Assembly: GCA_963782525.1 (NCBI GenBank)
Contig: CAWAKC010000004.1
Span: 117,528 to 181,527, forward strand
Source: Candidatus Bathyarchaeota archaeon
GTDB lineage: Archaea > Thermoproteota > Bathyarchaeia > Bathyarchaeales > Bathycorpusculaceae
Direction of reading: 5' to 3'
Length of the DNA: 64,000 nucleotides
In this document: piece by piece, positions 1-9,113 of the stretch
How positions within the stretch are numbered: the first letter of the stretch is position 1
Layout of the letters: every line of letters begins with the position of its first letter
Made by a program: the position numbers and the translations under genes
Notes under the pieces: generated by a model
Database searches by the model: none
What the model was told of the DNA's origin: nothing
The model's input: the letters and a program-made list of their open reading frames with translations, nothing else

Positions 1-431
1 TCTTCCTTGGTTTTTGCGCCTTCTACAAATGAGAGTCGCTCCGTTTTAGTTGAGAGCTGTTTTGCAAGGAAAAGTAGTGGTGCAGTGCCTGTTCCACCGC
101 CGACCAAAAGCACTCTACCCCGGCTCTCTGTGAAGCAGTTACCGAAAGGGCCTCGCACTCCAACAGTTGCGCCTGCTTCTAAATTATGCAGGTGCCGTGT
201 GGCATCGCCGACAGCTTTAACCGAAACAGAAACCAAATTGTCGCCTGCGTCCAAGATGCTGAGCGGGATCTCGTCTATGCCTGGAATCCAAAGCATCAAG
301 AACTGCCCAGGCTTTGCTTTGCTGCAGAGGCGGTCGGTAAACGTGAGAGTCTTCACTGTTGGACTCTCAGTTTGAACCCGAACAATCTGTGTTGTCCGCA
401 GAGAATTATTTGCGGTGAGCGAGACCGACAA
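1..431 (-). CDS. pyrK: Dihydroorotate dehydrogenase electron transfer subunit, 3'-truncated by window edge
   Basis: Manual translation from TTG at 431 gives ...VKTLTF...KPGQFLMLWIPGIDEIPLSI...VGVRGPFGN...LLVGGGTGTAPL, an FAD/NAD-binding FNR-type fold. Overlaps the pyrD stop. Missed by the ORF track because it runs off the edge. Confidence 0.9.
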   Translation of the reverse strand, partial: MSVSLTANNSLRTTQIVRVQTESPTVKTLTFTDRLCSKAKPGQFLMLWIPGIDEIPLSILDAGDNLVSVSVKAVGDATRHLHNLEAGATVGVRGPFGNCFTESRGRVLLVGGGTGTAPLLFLAKQLSTKTERLSFVEGAKTKE

Positions 432-1323
432 TGTCTTTTACACTCCCATAATTTTTCTTTCGCAAGTACGTTTCTACTCCTTTAGTTACTGCTTGAAAAA
501 CATCCGTGTTATCGGCTACAGCCGTGCCAATTTGCACAGCCGATGCGCCTGCTAACAAAAACTCTACGGCATCCCGCCAATCGGAAACGCCGCCGCAGCC
601 AATGATTGGTACCTCAAACTGTTCAGCGATGTCATAGACACACCGCAACGCAACAGGTTTAACGGCTGCACCAGACAACCCACCTCGTACATTGCTTAAA
701 ATCGGCTGCATGGTTTCAGCGTCGATTGCCATGGCTTTAAGAGTGTTCACCGCCGTCAATGCGTCTGCTCCTGCCTCAACCGCCGCTTGAGCGAGCACGG
801 TTATGTCTGCAACGTTGGGCGAGAGCTTCACAATCAACGGCTTATTGATGGATGCCTTGACCAGTTGCACGACTTCTTTGAGGAACTTGGGGCTTTGACC
901 GATTTCAGCGCCCGTCTGCTTAACATGTGGGCAGGAAACGTTAAGCTCAATTGCATCCGCGCCTGCTTCAGCAGCTTTTTTGGCAACCCTCGCGTATTCT
1001 TCAGCAGAATAACCAAACACGCTAACGATTATTGGAACCCGCAGTAATCTCTTAGAAAACTTTATTTCTTCAGCGTATATATCGATCCCCGGATTTGGTA
1101 AACCCATCGCATTAATCAAACCTGCTTCTGCCTGAACAATCGTGGGATTAGAATAACCCGGTCGGGCTTCGATTCCGATTGATTTTGTAACGACCGCGCC
1201 AGCGCCGCCCTTAACCACGCGACTGAGGGATTCAGAAGAATAGCCCAAAATTCCCGAAGCAAGAATCGTCGGGTTCGCCAGTTCTAAACCAGCAAAGCCT
1301 ATGCTTAACGGATTGCTATCCAA
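406..1323 (-). CDS. pyrD: Dihydroorotate dehydrogenase, family 1B catalytic subunit
   Basis: GAVVTKS, INAMGLPNPG, ELNVSCPH, VKLSPN, GGLSG and GCGGV motifs; next to pyrK. Confidence 0.97.
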   Translation of the reverse strand: MDSNPLSIGFAGLELANPTILASGILGYSSESLSRVVKGGAGAVVTKSIGIEARPGYSNPTIVQAEAGLINAMGLPNPGIDIYAEEIKFSKRLLRVPIIVSVFGYSAEEYARVAKKAAEAGADAIELNVSCPHVKQTGAEIGQSPKFLKEVVQLVKASINKPLIVKLSPNVADITVLAQAAVEAGADALTAVNTLKAMAIDAETMQPILSNVRGGLSGAAVKPVALRCVYDIAEQFEVPIIGCGGVSDWRDAVEFLLAGASAVQIGTAVADNTDVFQAVTKGVETYLRKKNYGSVKDIVGLAHRK

Positions 1324-1506
1324 ATAAATTCACCGTACAATCTAGGTTAATACTTTTAATAAGATAAAGCTTCTTTTCGTTGGTTTTGCAGCTAAAATTT
1401 GGGTGGAATAAAATCTTCTTTATGTCTAAGTGGCTGATCAAAAATAAAAAATACTGATTATTACAGGAAAAAGAAAAGTGAGGGTTTAACCCGACTTTAA
1501 AGCGGT

Positions 1507-1557
1507 TTATTTCTTCTTTTTGGCTTTTTTATCGTCTTTTTTTGGAGCTTTCGCCAC
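1507..1557 (-). CDS. Putative 16-aa Lys-rich microprotein MAKAPKKDDKKAKKKK
   Basis: GTG start with GAGGT 7 nt upstream (1565-1569), TATA-like TTAAATATAA at 1591-1600 (minus strand), TAA at 1507-1509. Confidence 0.5.
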   Translation of the reverse strand: MAKAPKKDDKKAKKKK

Positions 1558-1851
1558 GTTAATAACCTCAAAGTTACTATTGGCTTCAATTTATATTTAA
1601 AATTTGCTAACAGCTATAGCTGCTGCCCCGTCTATTAAAAAGACTTGGAAATAGGCGCTATACTCTAAATAAGCCTTAAAAACAGCTGAATAAAAAGGGC
1701 TTTTTAACATGCCTCTATGGCTGTGCGGTTTAGACATTTATCTGTTAAAGGCAAAGGCTTGTTCTGTATGGGGCGTTTTTTGCGGAAACTCTTTTATAGC
1801 AGTCCGATGTAAAAAATTACACAGCAATGCAAAAAATTCCAGGGTGCTAAC

Positions 1852-2679
1852 ATGTTTAACCCAGTCCAAAGAAGCCAAAGAACCAAACAAATCGCCCTAC
1901 TGACAATATTCACAGCACTATACATCGTTCTAAGATTCATCCCCTACAGCATGCTCATAGGCGGAGCAGGCGGATACCTCTCGTTTTCCGACTTCCTCGC
2001 ACCAATAATAGGTATCCTTTTAGGACCGTACTTCGGTGGCTTGGCCGTACTGCTCGGTAATTTTGGAGCACTTGGTTTTGGAAGAGCACCCGTATTTGGA
2101 GCAATACCGTTCTTAGATTTCCTACCTGACTTTGTCGCCGCTGTTTCAGTGGGCTTCCTTGTGCAACGAAAATGGTGGCCAGTAGTTGCATTAAACGCAG
2201 GTTTGTTAGCGCTGTTCTTTATTGACCCCTTGACAAGCATATTTGTCACCATACCGGGAACAGCAATCTCAATTCCGTTCGCTTGGCTACACATAGCTGC
2301 ATTCATAGTGTTGCTTTCACCCCTTGGACGATGGTCGGGAAAATGGGTTGCGACAGAAATGAAAGCTAAACTTGTTACTGCAGGAATGGTGATTTTGGCT
2401 TTCATTGGAACGATGATGCAGCATCTTACGGGAAACTTGCTGTTTGAAGTATCATTCGGACAAATAGGTAACCCACCCATAATTCCAACGGCCGCGTGGC
2501 CAGCAGAATGGACTGGTGTACTAATTGCGTACCCAGTTGAGCGAACTATACTGATTGTTTGCGCCGCACTAGTTGGGGTCCCGCTGATTTGGGCAATCAG
2601 GAAAAACCATTTCTTACAAATTGGAAAACAAGAGAAACCTAAAACAACTTCAACACAGCAACCAGCTACTACTTCTTAA
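1852..2679 (+). CDS. ECF transporter S-component-like membrane protein
   Basis: ALLTIFTALY N-terminal helix, IIGILLGPYFGG (P-x-x-G pattern), 6-7 hydrophobic segments. Confidence 0.6.
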   Translation: MFNPVQRSQRTKQIALLTIFTALYIVLRFIPYSMLIGGAGGYLSFSDFLAPIIGILLGPYFGGLAVLLGNFGALGFGRAPVFGAIPFLDFLPDFVAAVSVGFLVQRKWWPVVALNAGLLALFFIDPLTSIFVTIPGTAISIPFAWLHIAAFIVLLSPLGRWSGKWVATEMKAKLVTAGMVILAFIGTMMQHLTGNLLFEVSFGQIGNPPIIPTAAWPAEWTGVLIAYPVERTILIVCAALVGVPLIWAIRKNHFLQIGKQEKPKTTSTQQPATTS

Positions 2680-4231
2680 ACAAAGAAGTATCTTGGACAT
2701 ACTCTTTTCCTGTCTGGAGTGCGATTTCTGCTTTAGAAAGTTCACTTCCCAAGTAAGAGGCGTGGTCCAACTGCGACACCAAACCAGCTTTCACTATTTC
2801 TGAGTAAATGCTTTTAGCGGTTTTTCCCTTTATAATATTTACAGGCTTAGTCATGTCAATCGAGGTATAGTGGATTGCAACCAAAACGCTTTGGGTGTGG
2901 TCTATGGATATTTTGAACATGCCCTCAGAATCCAAAACCACTGTTTCGGTTCCCTCGGATGCATTTGCAACTTTAACATTGGCTTCGAGTTTTTTGTCGT
3001 AGGGTTCTTCATGCACACGTTTGTCTTTTAGGATTAAAAGGTCGATACCAAGGTCTTTTGGAACTGAACCGCGTTTTTTAGCGAGAAACATCATTTTGGC
3101 GGCTGTAACTTCTTCGGCGACGGTCCCTTTTGCTTTGGCGCTTTTCTCTGTTGCTAATAGTATGCTGGCATCAACTTCGGACGATATTCTGGCAAGAATG
3201 GCGTTGAGTCCTACGGAGTCTGCGTCGAAAAGTTCAGTAACGTTTGAAACCCCAACAAAAAGCGGAACAGCTGGGTTTCTGGCTGCGAATTCTTTGAATG
3301 CGATGAAGGCTTCTAAAATGTCGGAAGGCTCCAAAATTAAATCTGCTATACATCGTTTTAGGCCTAGTTTGTTTGCTTTTTGGATTATTTCTTCGAGGTA
3401 TTTGACGCGTTCTTGGGCTTTTTTGGGGAAGTAGCCTTGGCGCTGATTAGTTGGGATAACAACAACCGTTGCTTTGGAGACGAAGGGGGCTATTTCTTCG
3501 ATGTTTCCAGCATCGACGCTGAGTATAAGTTCTGCTCCTGCCTCAACCGCCGCTTTGATTTCGGCTGGATCGAGCGTATCTATGCTCACTGGAACATCGA
3601 CAACCTGCTTAACCCATTCGACGATGCGTTTGGCTTTTTCGGGTTGGGATTCGCCTGCGATCATGCCGACATCGATTATGTCTGCGCCTGCCATGACGAA
3701 GTGTTTTGCGGTCTGCTGAACTGTTTCCTTGTCCATTAAGGCAGCGTCGACGATTTCGGCGAGGACTCGCATGGGAAAGTCTTTGCCAACCGCCAAGTTC
3801 CCAACCAGCATACTTCCTGGTTTCTTTAGCAACTCTTCACGGTTAGCTTCAGTCTTCTCTATTTCCTGCTTAGCTTTTTGGGCAAGTTTTTCGCGGAGCA
3901 AATCGTCGGCTGAAATGATTGTGGAAAGTTGGATTTCGCAGAGTGAATCCAGAACTGTCGGCAAATCTGCGGCGTACCTTGGACCCTTAAACGTTGGAAA
4001 GCCAGTAGCTTTCGAGATTACGGTGGTGTCTCCTCTGACTAGCCCGGGAACTAAAATCATTTTAAAATTCGGCAGTTTCTTGGCTTTGAGTTCATTGGCG
4101 ATGGTTTGAGGCGTGAGCAATGCGGCAACTGCCATCTTAAGCGCCAACGTTTCAGTTTCCACATAGCTTTCCTTGGCATACCGCTTAACTGTCTCTTCGG
4201 CAAGCGCGCCTGTAATCAGCAATACTTTCAC
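2669..4231 (-). CDS. Archaeal dihydropteroate synthase-like protein (N-terminal DUF6513-like, C-terminal DUF4346-like)
   Basis: GADIIDVG and PVSIDTL DHPS TIM-barrel motifs; C-terminal LDHASYLGSELSKAEIAL; adjacent to RFAP synthase. Confidence 0.88.
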   Translation of the reverse strand: MKVLLITGALAEETVKRYAKESYVETETLALKMAVAALLTPQTIANELKAKKLPNFKMILVPGLVRGDTTVISKATGFPTFKGPRYAADLPTVLDSLCEIQLSTIISADDLLREKLAQKAKQEIEKTEANREELLKKPGSMLVGNLAVGKDFPMRVLAEIVDAALMDKETVQQTAKHFVMAGADIIDVGMIAGESQPEKAKRIVEWVKQVVDVPVSIDTLDPAEIKAAVEAGAELILSVDAGNIEEIAPFVSKATVVVIPTNQRQGYFPKKAQERVKYLEEIIQKANKLGLKRCIADLILEPSDILEAFIAFKEFAARNPAVPLFVGVSNVTELFDADSVGLNAILARISSEVDASILLATEKSAKAKGTVAEEVTAAKMMFLAKKRGSVPKDLGIDLLILKDKRVHEEPYDKKLEANVKVANASEGTETVVLDSEGMFKISIDHTQSVLVAIHYTSIDMTKPVNIIKGKTAKSIYSEIVKAGLVSQLDHASYLGSELSKAEIALQTGKEYVQDTSLFKK

Positions 4232-5205
4232 TGTTTTGCCCCATCGATTAGTTTTATGGTTGCTCCATGGTTGTTTGGTTTAGCGATGAAGGCTTCTCCG
4301 TTGACGCCTTTGCGTAGGTAGTCTTTCACTTTTTTGAGCACTTGTTTGGCAGTTTCCTGTTTTATTACGCCATAGAGTGCTGGACCCCACGAACTCTGTC
4401 CAACCCCGTAAGCGCCAGCTTTCTTCATGAATTGGATGCACTCTGCGGCGGCTGGGCTGGCGTAGGTTCCGCCCTGAGCCTGCGCAAAATGATTACCCGT
4501 TAGGACTTGGATTCTTGTTACTGCATCCCCAAAGTTTTCGATGTCGTGTTCAGCCAGGGCTGGCAGGAGTTTTAGCATGATTAAGCGGCAGATTTGCCCC
4601 ACGTCTTCCGCTGGCATTTTGGTCAGTTTTTCGAAGGCATGGTTTTCCTCTGAGTTTGATAAGCCTTCTTTTAGGTTTGGCACTGCTACGATGAAGCGCC
4701 ACTTCGTTGGGAAGGGTTGGCGGTAGATGAGGGGCGGGAAAGTTTGTGTTGTGAGGTTTTTGCCTCCATCAACCACGAATCCGCCAAATTCAAAGATGGA
4801 TGTGCCGACGGTTGTTCTTCTTGCTCGTCCCATCGAGACCGCTAATTCTGGGATAGAGGCTTTCACGTTAAACAGTTTCGCGAGTGCAAACGCAACGGCT
4901 ATGGAGAACTGGGTGCCTGAACCTAACCCAATGTGAGATGGAATCGCCTCGGCAACATGGATGTGTACTTTGGATTGGATTTTGTAGTTGGAAAGGAACC
5001 GTTTTGCCAGGATGGTTGCTAACTCGGTTTCTTTACCTGTAACCGAAAATTTCTCGCCGTTTTCCGCTTCAACGATGAAATTCGGATGATCTATGCCTAC
5101 GCCTAAGCCGCCGAACATTCGTCCCAAGTCCCCGTTCATGTCTATGAGTCCGAGGTGGAGTCGGGCAGGAGTCTTAACTTGTACCTTCACTGTTTGTTCC
5201 TCCAT
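4228..5205 (-). CDS. mptG: Beta-ribofuranosylaminobenzene 5'-phosphate (RFAP) synthase, GHMP kinase fold
   Basis: TPARLHLGLID, HIGLGSGTQ, GGFVVDGG and GQSSWGP motifs. Confidence 0.92.
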   Translation of the reverse strand: MEEQTVKVQVKTPARLHLGLIDMNGDLGRMFGGLGVGIDHPNFIVEAENGEKFSVTGKETELATILAKRFLSNYKIQSKVHIHVAEAIPSHIGLGSGTQFSIAVAFALAKLFNVKASIPELAVSMGRARRTTVGTSIFEFGGFVVDGGKNLTTQTFPPLIYRQPFPTKWRFIVAVPNLKEGLSNSEENHAFEKLTKMPAEDVGQICRLIMLKLLPALAEHDIENFGDAVTRIQVLTGNHFAQAQGGTYASPAAAECIQFMKKAGAYGVGQSSWGPALYGVIKQETAKQVLKKVKDYLRKGVNGEAFIAKPNNHGATIKLIDGAKQ

Positions 5206-5837
5206 GAATCGATTCTTTGCATCAAATCAGTCATAATTGCGGAGTACACTGAGTTTGGAGCTACGCGGTTTATTATGTCACGGGAATTTTCAATTGTAGC
5301 TAAAAGTTTGCGAATATTTTTTTGCTGTTTCTCGTCGTTAACGAATGCCTTCACGCGGGTTGCATGTATGATTGCTTCGAGGGTTAACGCTTTGGCGCGG
5401 CAATAAACTTGTGGGCACATAGTAGATGCCTTTATTTGTTCAACTTTGAAAGTGAACTTGGTCTTGTCTGCCCCAAAAGGCTTCATGTCAGCTACTGAAA
5501 CGTCGATAGTTGCATCGGCCATCCGCAGTTTAGGAGCGTTTACCACTTCTGCTTTTTCGAACCATTCCTGCATCAACTTTCCATTGGGGTTTGCTTCTTT
5601 GAATGTTGCTTTATAGAAAACTTCTATGTCGCCCGTTAAGTTGACAACTGCGCATCCGCTTGCGTTTAGGTTTCGGCTGGTTTGTGAGGAATTGTAAATA
5701 TTGAGGCTGAGGGTTTGTGGATTCTGCAAGGTGGCACCCATGGGTGCAGCGTTGGGTGTTCCATCCATGTTGTAGGTTGAAAGGATGACCTCAAAAATTG
5801 AGCCTTCCAAGAAACCAAAATCGGTTAATTTTGCCAT
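5187..5837 (-). CDS. DUF447 family protein
   Basis: ILST...PNAAPMG...SQTSRNL...AVVNLT split-barrel start; RAKALTLEAIIHATR; typical neighbour of methanopterin genes. Confidence 0.8.
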   Translation of the reverse strand: MAKLTDFGFLEGSIFEVILSTYNMDGTPNAAPMGATLQNPQTLSLNIYNSSQTSRNLNASGCAVVNLTGDIEVFYKATFKEANPNGKLMQEWFEKAEVVNAPKLRMADATIDVSVADMKPFGADKTKFTFKVEQIKASTMCPQVYCRAKALTLEAIIHATRVKAFVNDEKQQKNIRKLLATIENSRDIINRVAPNSVYSAIMTDLMQRIDSWRNKQ

Positions 5838-6070
5838 TCAAACCCGCCTCAGTATGTTAGAAGGTCATATGCACCTTTTTTCAACCCAATGTAAATTTTC
5901 ACAGTCGAATAATAAAGTTTTGCCGAGCAAACACTTATCCCAAATTAGTTACTCCCCACGTTAAGAACTGTGTAAAGTTTTTAAAGCATAAAACGACTAT
6001 TCAACTAGAAACAAAAATTTTGCAGGGCTCTCTTGGTTGAGAACCCAGTTTTCGGTGGTAAAAAATAAAC

Positions 6071-7444
6071 ATGCCCGTAAAGGTAGCTTTAGTCTATCCA
6101 TATTTTCATCCGGCCAACGATAATTCAATTTTTCGTTTTCCACCATTAGGTCTAGGCTACATCGCCGCAGCACTGAAAAAACACGGAGCGGAAGTGGAGC
6201 TGGTTGACTGCACGTTTATGAAGTTTAGCGAAGCCGCCTCGAGAGTAAAGCTTGCAAAACCTCAGATTGTTGGGTTCTACTCGATGTTTTCTATGAAAAA
6301 AACCACCTTAGAACTTGCTCAGACCCTGAGAAATGAAGGGTTGAAAAATTCTTTGTTTGTGGTGGGTGGTCCGTTGCCTTCTTGGGCGCCTGAGGGGTTT
6401 CTGGATGTTTTCGATGTAGTTGCGGTGGGCGAGGGCGAACAAACAATGACGGATTTGGTGGATTGCGTTGATCAAGGAAACACGTTTTCGAACGTGAAGG
6501 GGCTTGTCTTCAAAAATGGCAGCCACATTATCAAAACTGGACCCCGAGAATTCATCCAAAAACTGGACAGTTTAGCTTTTCCAACCCGGGACCTATTCAA
6601 CAATGAAGCATACAAAAAATATTACCTCGACCACTTTGGCTACTCAATCACATCCATGATAACGTCGAGAGGTTGCCCGTTTTCCTGCGATTTTTGTAGT
6701 CGACCCATTTTCGGCGGCGACATGCGAGCGCGTTCAGTAGGCAACATAGTTGATGAAGTGGAGGAAATTGCAGCTTTGGGTTATGACCGTGTTTGGTTCG
6801 CGGATGACTGTTTCACGCTGAACCGCAACCATTTGCTTGATGTCTGCAACGAAATCGTGCGTCGCGGCCTCGACGTTGGCTGGGAATGTCTCTCGCGTGT
6901 GGATACTATGGATGCTGAAGTTGCAGAGAGCATGAAACGTGCAGGTTGCATAGGAGTTTTCTTTGGGATTGAATCGGGCAACGACTCAGTTCTGGGCATG
7001 ATGAAGAAGAGAATCACAACAGCGCAGGCGAAACGGGCGGTTCATGTAGCTAAAGCTGCCGGATTAAAAGTTGGTGCCTTCTTCATCGTTGGGTATCCAG
7101 GTGAGAGCAACAAAACAGTGCTCGATACCGTGCGTTTTGCTTCGGGTCTCCCGCTTGATTATTTGTCTTTCACGATGCCTTATCCAATTCCTGGAACCCC
7201 GCTCTATGAGAGAGTTAAGGACCATGGGGTTTCGATTGAGGATTGGGAGGAACCCAAAAACTACCGCTTAATTCGTCACAAACTCCTCTACGCTTCGGGT
7301 TTTAGTGAGGGTAAACTTAAGTTTGCGATTGTTAAGGGGCAGGCGCAGTTTTATGGTCGGAAGTACCTTGGGAAAACGGGGTATACTCTATTGGGTAAGT
7401 CGTTTGAGCGTTTGACGGATTATGCGTTTGAACGCATGCGGTAA
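6071..7444 (+). CDS. B12-binding domain radical SAM enzyme
   Basis: PPLGLGYIAA, VVGGP and VAVGEGE cobalamin domain; SRGCPFSCDFC cluster motif; FADD, GIESG, FFIVGYPGE. Confidence 0.93.
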   Translation: MPVKVALVYPYFHPANDNSIFRFPPLGLGYIAAALKKHGAEVELVDCTFMKFSEAASRVKLAKPQIVGFYSMFSMKKTTLELAQTLRNEGLKNSLFVVGGPLPSWAPEGFLDVFDVVAVGEGEQTMTDLVDCVDQGNTFSNVKGLVFKNGSHIIKTGPREFIQKLDSLAFPTRDLFNNEAYKKYYLDHFGYSITSMITSRGCPFSCDFCSRPIFGGDMRARSVGNIVDEVEEIAALGYDRVWFADDCFTLNRNHLLDVCNEIVRRGLDVGWECLSRVDTMDAEVAESMKRAGCIGVFFGIESGNDSVLGMMKKRITTAQAKRAVHVAKAAGLKVGAFFIVGYPGESNKTVLDTVRFASGLPLDYLSFTMPYPIPGTPLYERVKDHGVSIEDWEEPKNYRLIRHKLLYASGFSEGKLKFAIVKGQAQFYGRKYLGKTGYTLLGKSFERLTDYAFERMR

Positions 7445-7532
7445 GCCGCAGACTCGGTGGAAGGTTTTTTTAAGCATCTTTGACCATTTCAGAAGCAACA
7501 ACAACCTTAAAGCAAACCTGCAAAGTGCACCC

Positions 7533-8045
7533 ATGCAAAAATTATCCCTAATCCCAGCGTTTATCAGTTCATTGCGAATTTCAACGCTCCCCCTATTCCT
7601 CTACCTCTACAATATACAAAACGTAGTCGTATGTTTGGGTTTGCTTGCTTTTTGTGCCGCCTCAGACTATTTTGACGGTTATTTCGCACGAAGATTAAAT
7701 GCAACTTCAAGGTTCGGCGCTTACTACGATGCCACAACAGATTTCATTCTAATGTTTGGGATTTTCACATTTTTCTATACCCTTGGGTTTTATCCGATTT
7801 GGCTGTTGCTAATTATTGCTGCTGCCTTCATTCAATTTTTAGTTACCAGTTACTATGCTAAAAAACTCTACGACCCCGTGGGCAGGTACATTGGAAGTGC
7901 GCTATATATAGGCGTAGTTCTAACTCTGCTCTGGCCAACTGGAGCGGTCTTCGCGTTTGTGCAATATGCTTTTGTAGGATTCTTTTTGGTTTCGATTGCA
8001 AGTCGCATAATAAGCCTAACAAGAAAACGCACCTACCAACCCTAA
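7533..8045 (+). CDS. CDP-alcohol phosphatidyltransferase
   Basis: SDYFDGYFARRLNATSRFGAYYDATTD matches DxxDGxxAR...GxxxDxxxD; likely start is ATG 7533. Confidence 0.88.
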   Translation: MQKLSLIPAFISSLRISTLPLFLYLYNIQNVVVCLGLLAFCAASDYFDGYFARRLNATSRFGAYYDATTDFILMFGIFTFFYTLGFYPIWLLLIIAAAFIQFLVTSYYAKKLYDPVGRYIGSALYIGVVLTLLWPTGAVFAFVQYAFVGFFLVSIASRIISLTRKRTYQP

Positions 8046-8129
8046 ACTAATATAGCGTTTCTCCCTTAATCCTCCTTAAATTCGGTGCATTTATCTTTGC
8101 TTAAACAATCCTGCCATAACCAAACATGT

Positions 8130-9113
8130 TTGCCAGAGCTAATTCGCGTCTCATTGGGCACAGCAATCGTTCTTGGGCTTTTGGACGGTAAATTGGATGC
8201 TGAGCCGACGACGGCTTATTTGATGACTTACAGATTGGGTAAGTGTACAGCTAACTGTGGTTTTTGCCCCCAAGCCAGAGCAAGCAAAAGTAGCGCCGAA
8301 ATGCTGTCTCGGGTCTCATGGCCAACCTTCCCAACACTCAACGTCTTAACAGCGCTTTCAGATTCGGCGAAAGAAGGAAGAATCAAGCGTGTTTGCATCC
8401 AAGCACTAAACTATCCGGACGTATTTGGACACCTTGAATCGCTCGTAAAAGAAATTAAAAACCTCTCGGCGATTCCTGTTTCTGTTTCCTGCCAACCTCT
8501 TAATACCCAAAACATTGACCGTTTGAAAAAGGCTGGCGTGGACAGGTTAGGTATAGCTTTGGATGTTGCAACCGAAGCCATATTCGTTAAAGTTAAGGGT
8601 AAAGATGCAGGCGGCTCGTATACTTGGCAGAACCAGTTCACCCAGCTAAGGGATGCAATAGCGGTTTTCGGAAAGGGCGCTGTAAGCACTCATGTAATTG
8701 TGGGGTTGGGGGAAACGGAAAAGGAAGCAGCTGAAGTTATTCAGAGGTGTGTAGCTATGGGTGTTTTGCCTGCACTTTTTGCTTTTACACCTGTCCGAGG
8801 CACAGCTTTAGAAACTCAATCGCCTCCGGAGGTTGAATCTTATCGGCGTTTGCAGCTTGCCAGATATCTAATTGTCAAGAATATAGCAAGATTTGAGGAT
8901 ATGCGATTTGACTCTGAAGGAAAAATTGTTGGGTATGCCCGTGCCAATGAATCCTTAGAGTCAATAATTGCGAGTGGCTTGCCTTTTCAGACTTCAGGCT
9001 GCCCCGACTGCAACCGCCCTTACTACAACGAAAAAGCAAGGGGGCCCATCTATAACTACCCAAAAAAGCTAAACAAAGAAGAGATTGAAAAAATAAAAAA
9101 ACAACTAAGGTAA
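8130..9113 (+). CDS. lipS2: Radical SAM protein, LipS2-like subunit of archaeal two-component lipoyl synthase
   Basis: IRVSLGTA, PTTAYLM, CTANCGFC, and C-terminal TSGCPDCNRP matching the TxGCPxC(N/D)RP signature as I recall it; likely TTG start at 8130. Confidence 0.72.
   Translation: MPELIRVSLGTAIVLGLLDGKLDAEPTTAYLMTYRLGKCTANCGFCPQARASKSSAEMLSRVSWPTFPTLNVLTALSDSAKEGRIKRVCIQALNYPDVFGHLESLVKEIKNLSAIPVSVSCQPLNTQNIDRLKKAGVDRLGIALDVATEAIFVKVKGKDAGGSYTWQNQFTQLRDAIAVFGKGAVSTHVIVGLGETEKEAAEVIQRCVAMGVLPALFAFTPVRGTALETQSPPEVESYRRLQLARYLIVKNIARFEDMRFDSEGKIVGYARANESLESIIASGLPFQTSGCPDCNRPYYNEKARGPIYNYPKKLNKEEIEKIKKQLR

Noticed and set aside
7-485. Plus-strand ORFs 7..375 and 186..485
   Set aside because: Antisense shadows of pyrK/pyrD. 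The same applies to most nested ORFs in the track.
1700-1851. Possible riboswitch upstream of the ECF S-component
   Set aside because: No recognisable TPP, FMN, cobalamin or THF aptamer motifs by eye; an Rfam scan would be needed
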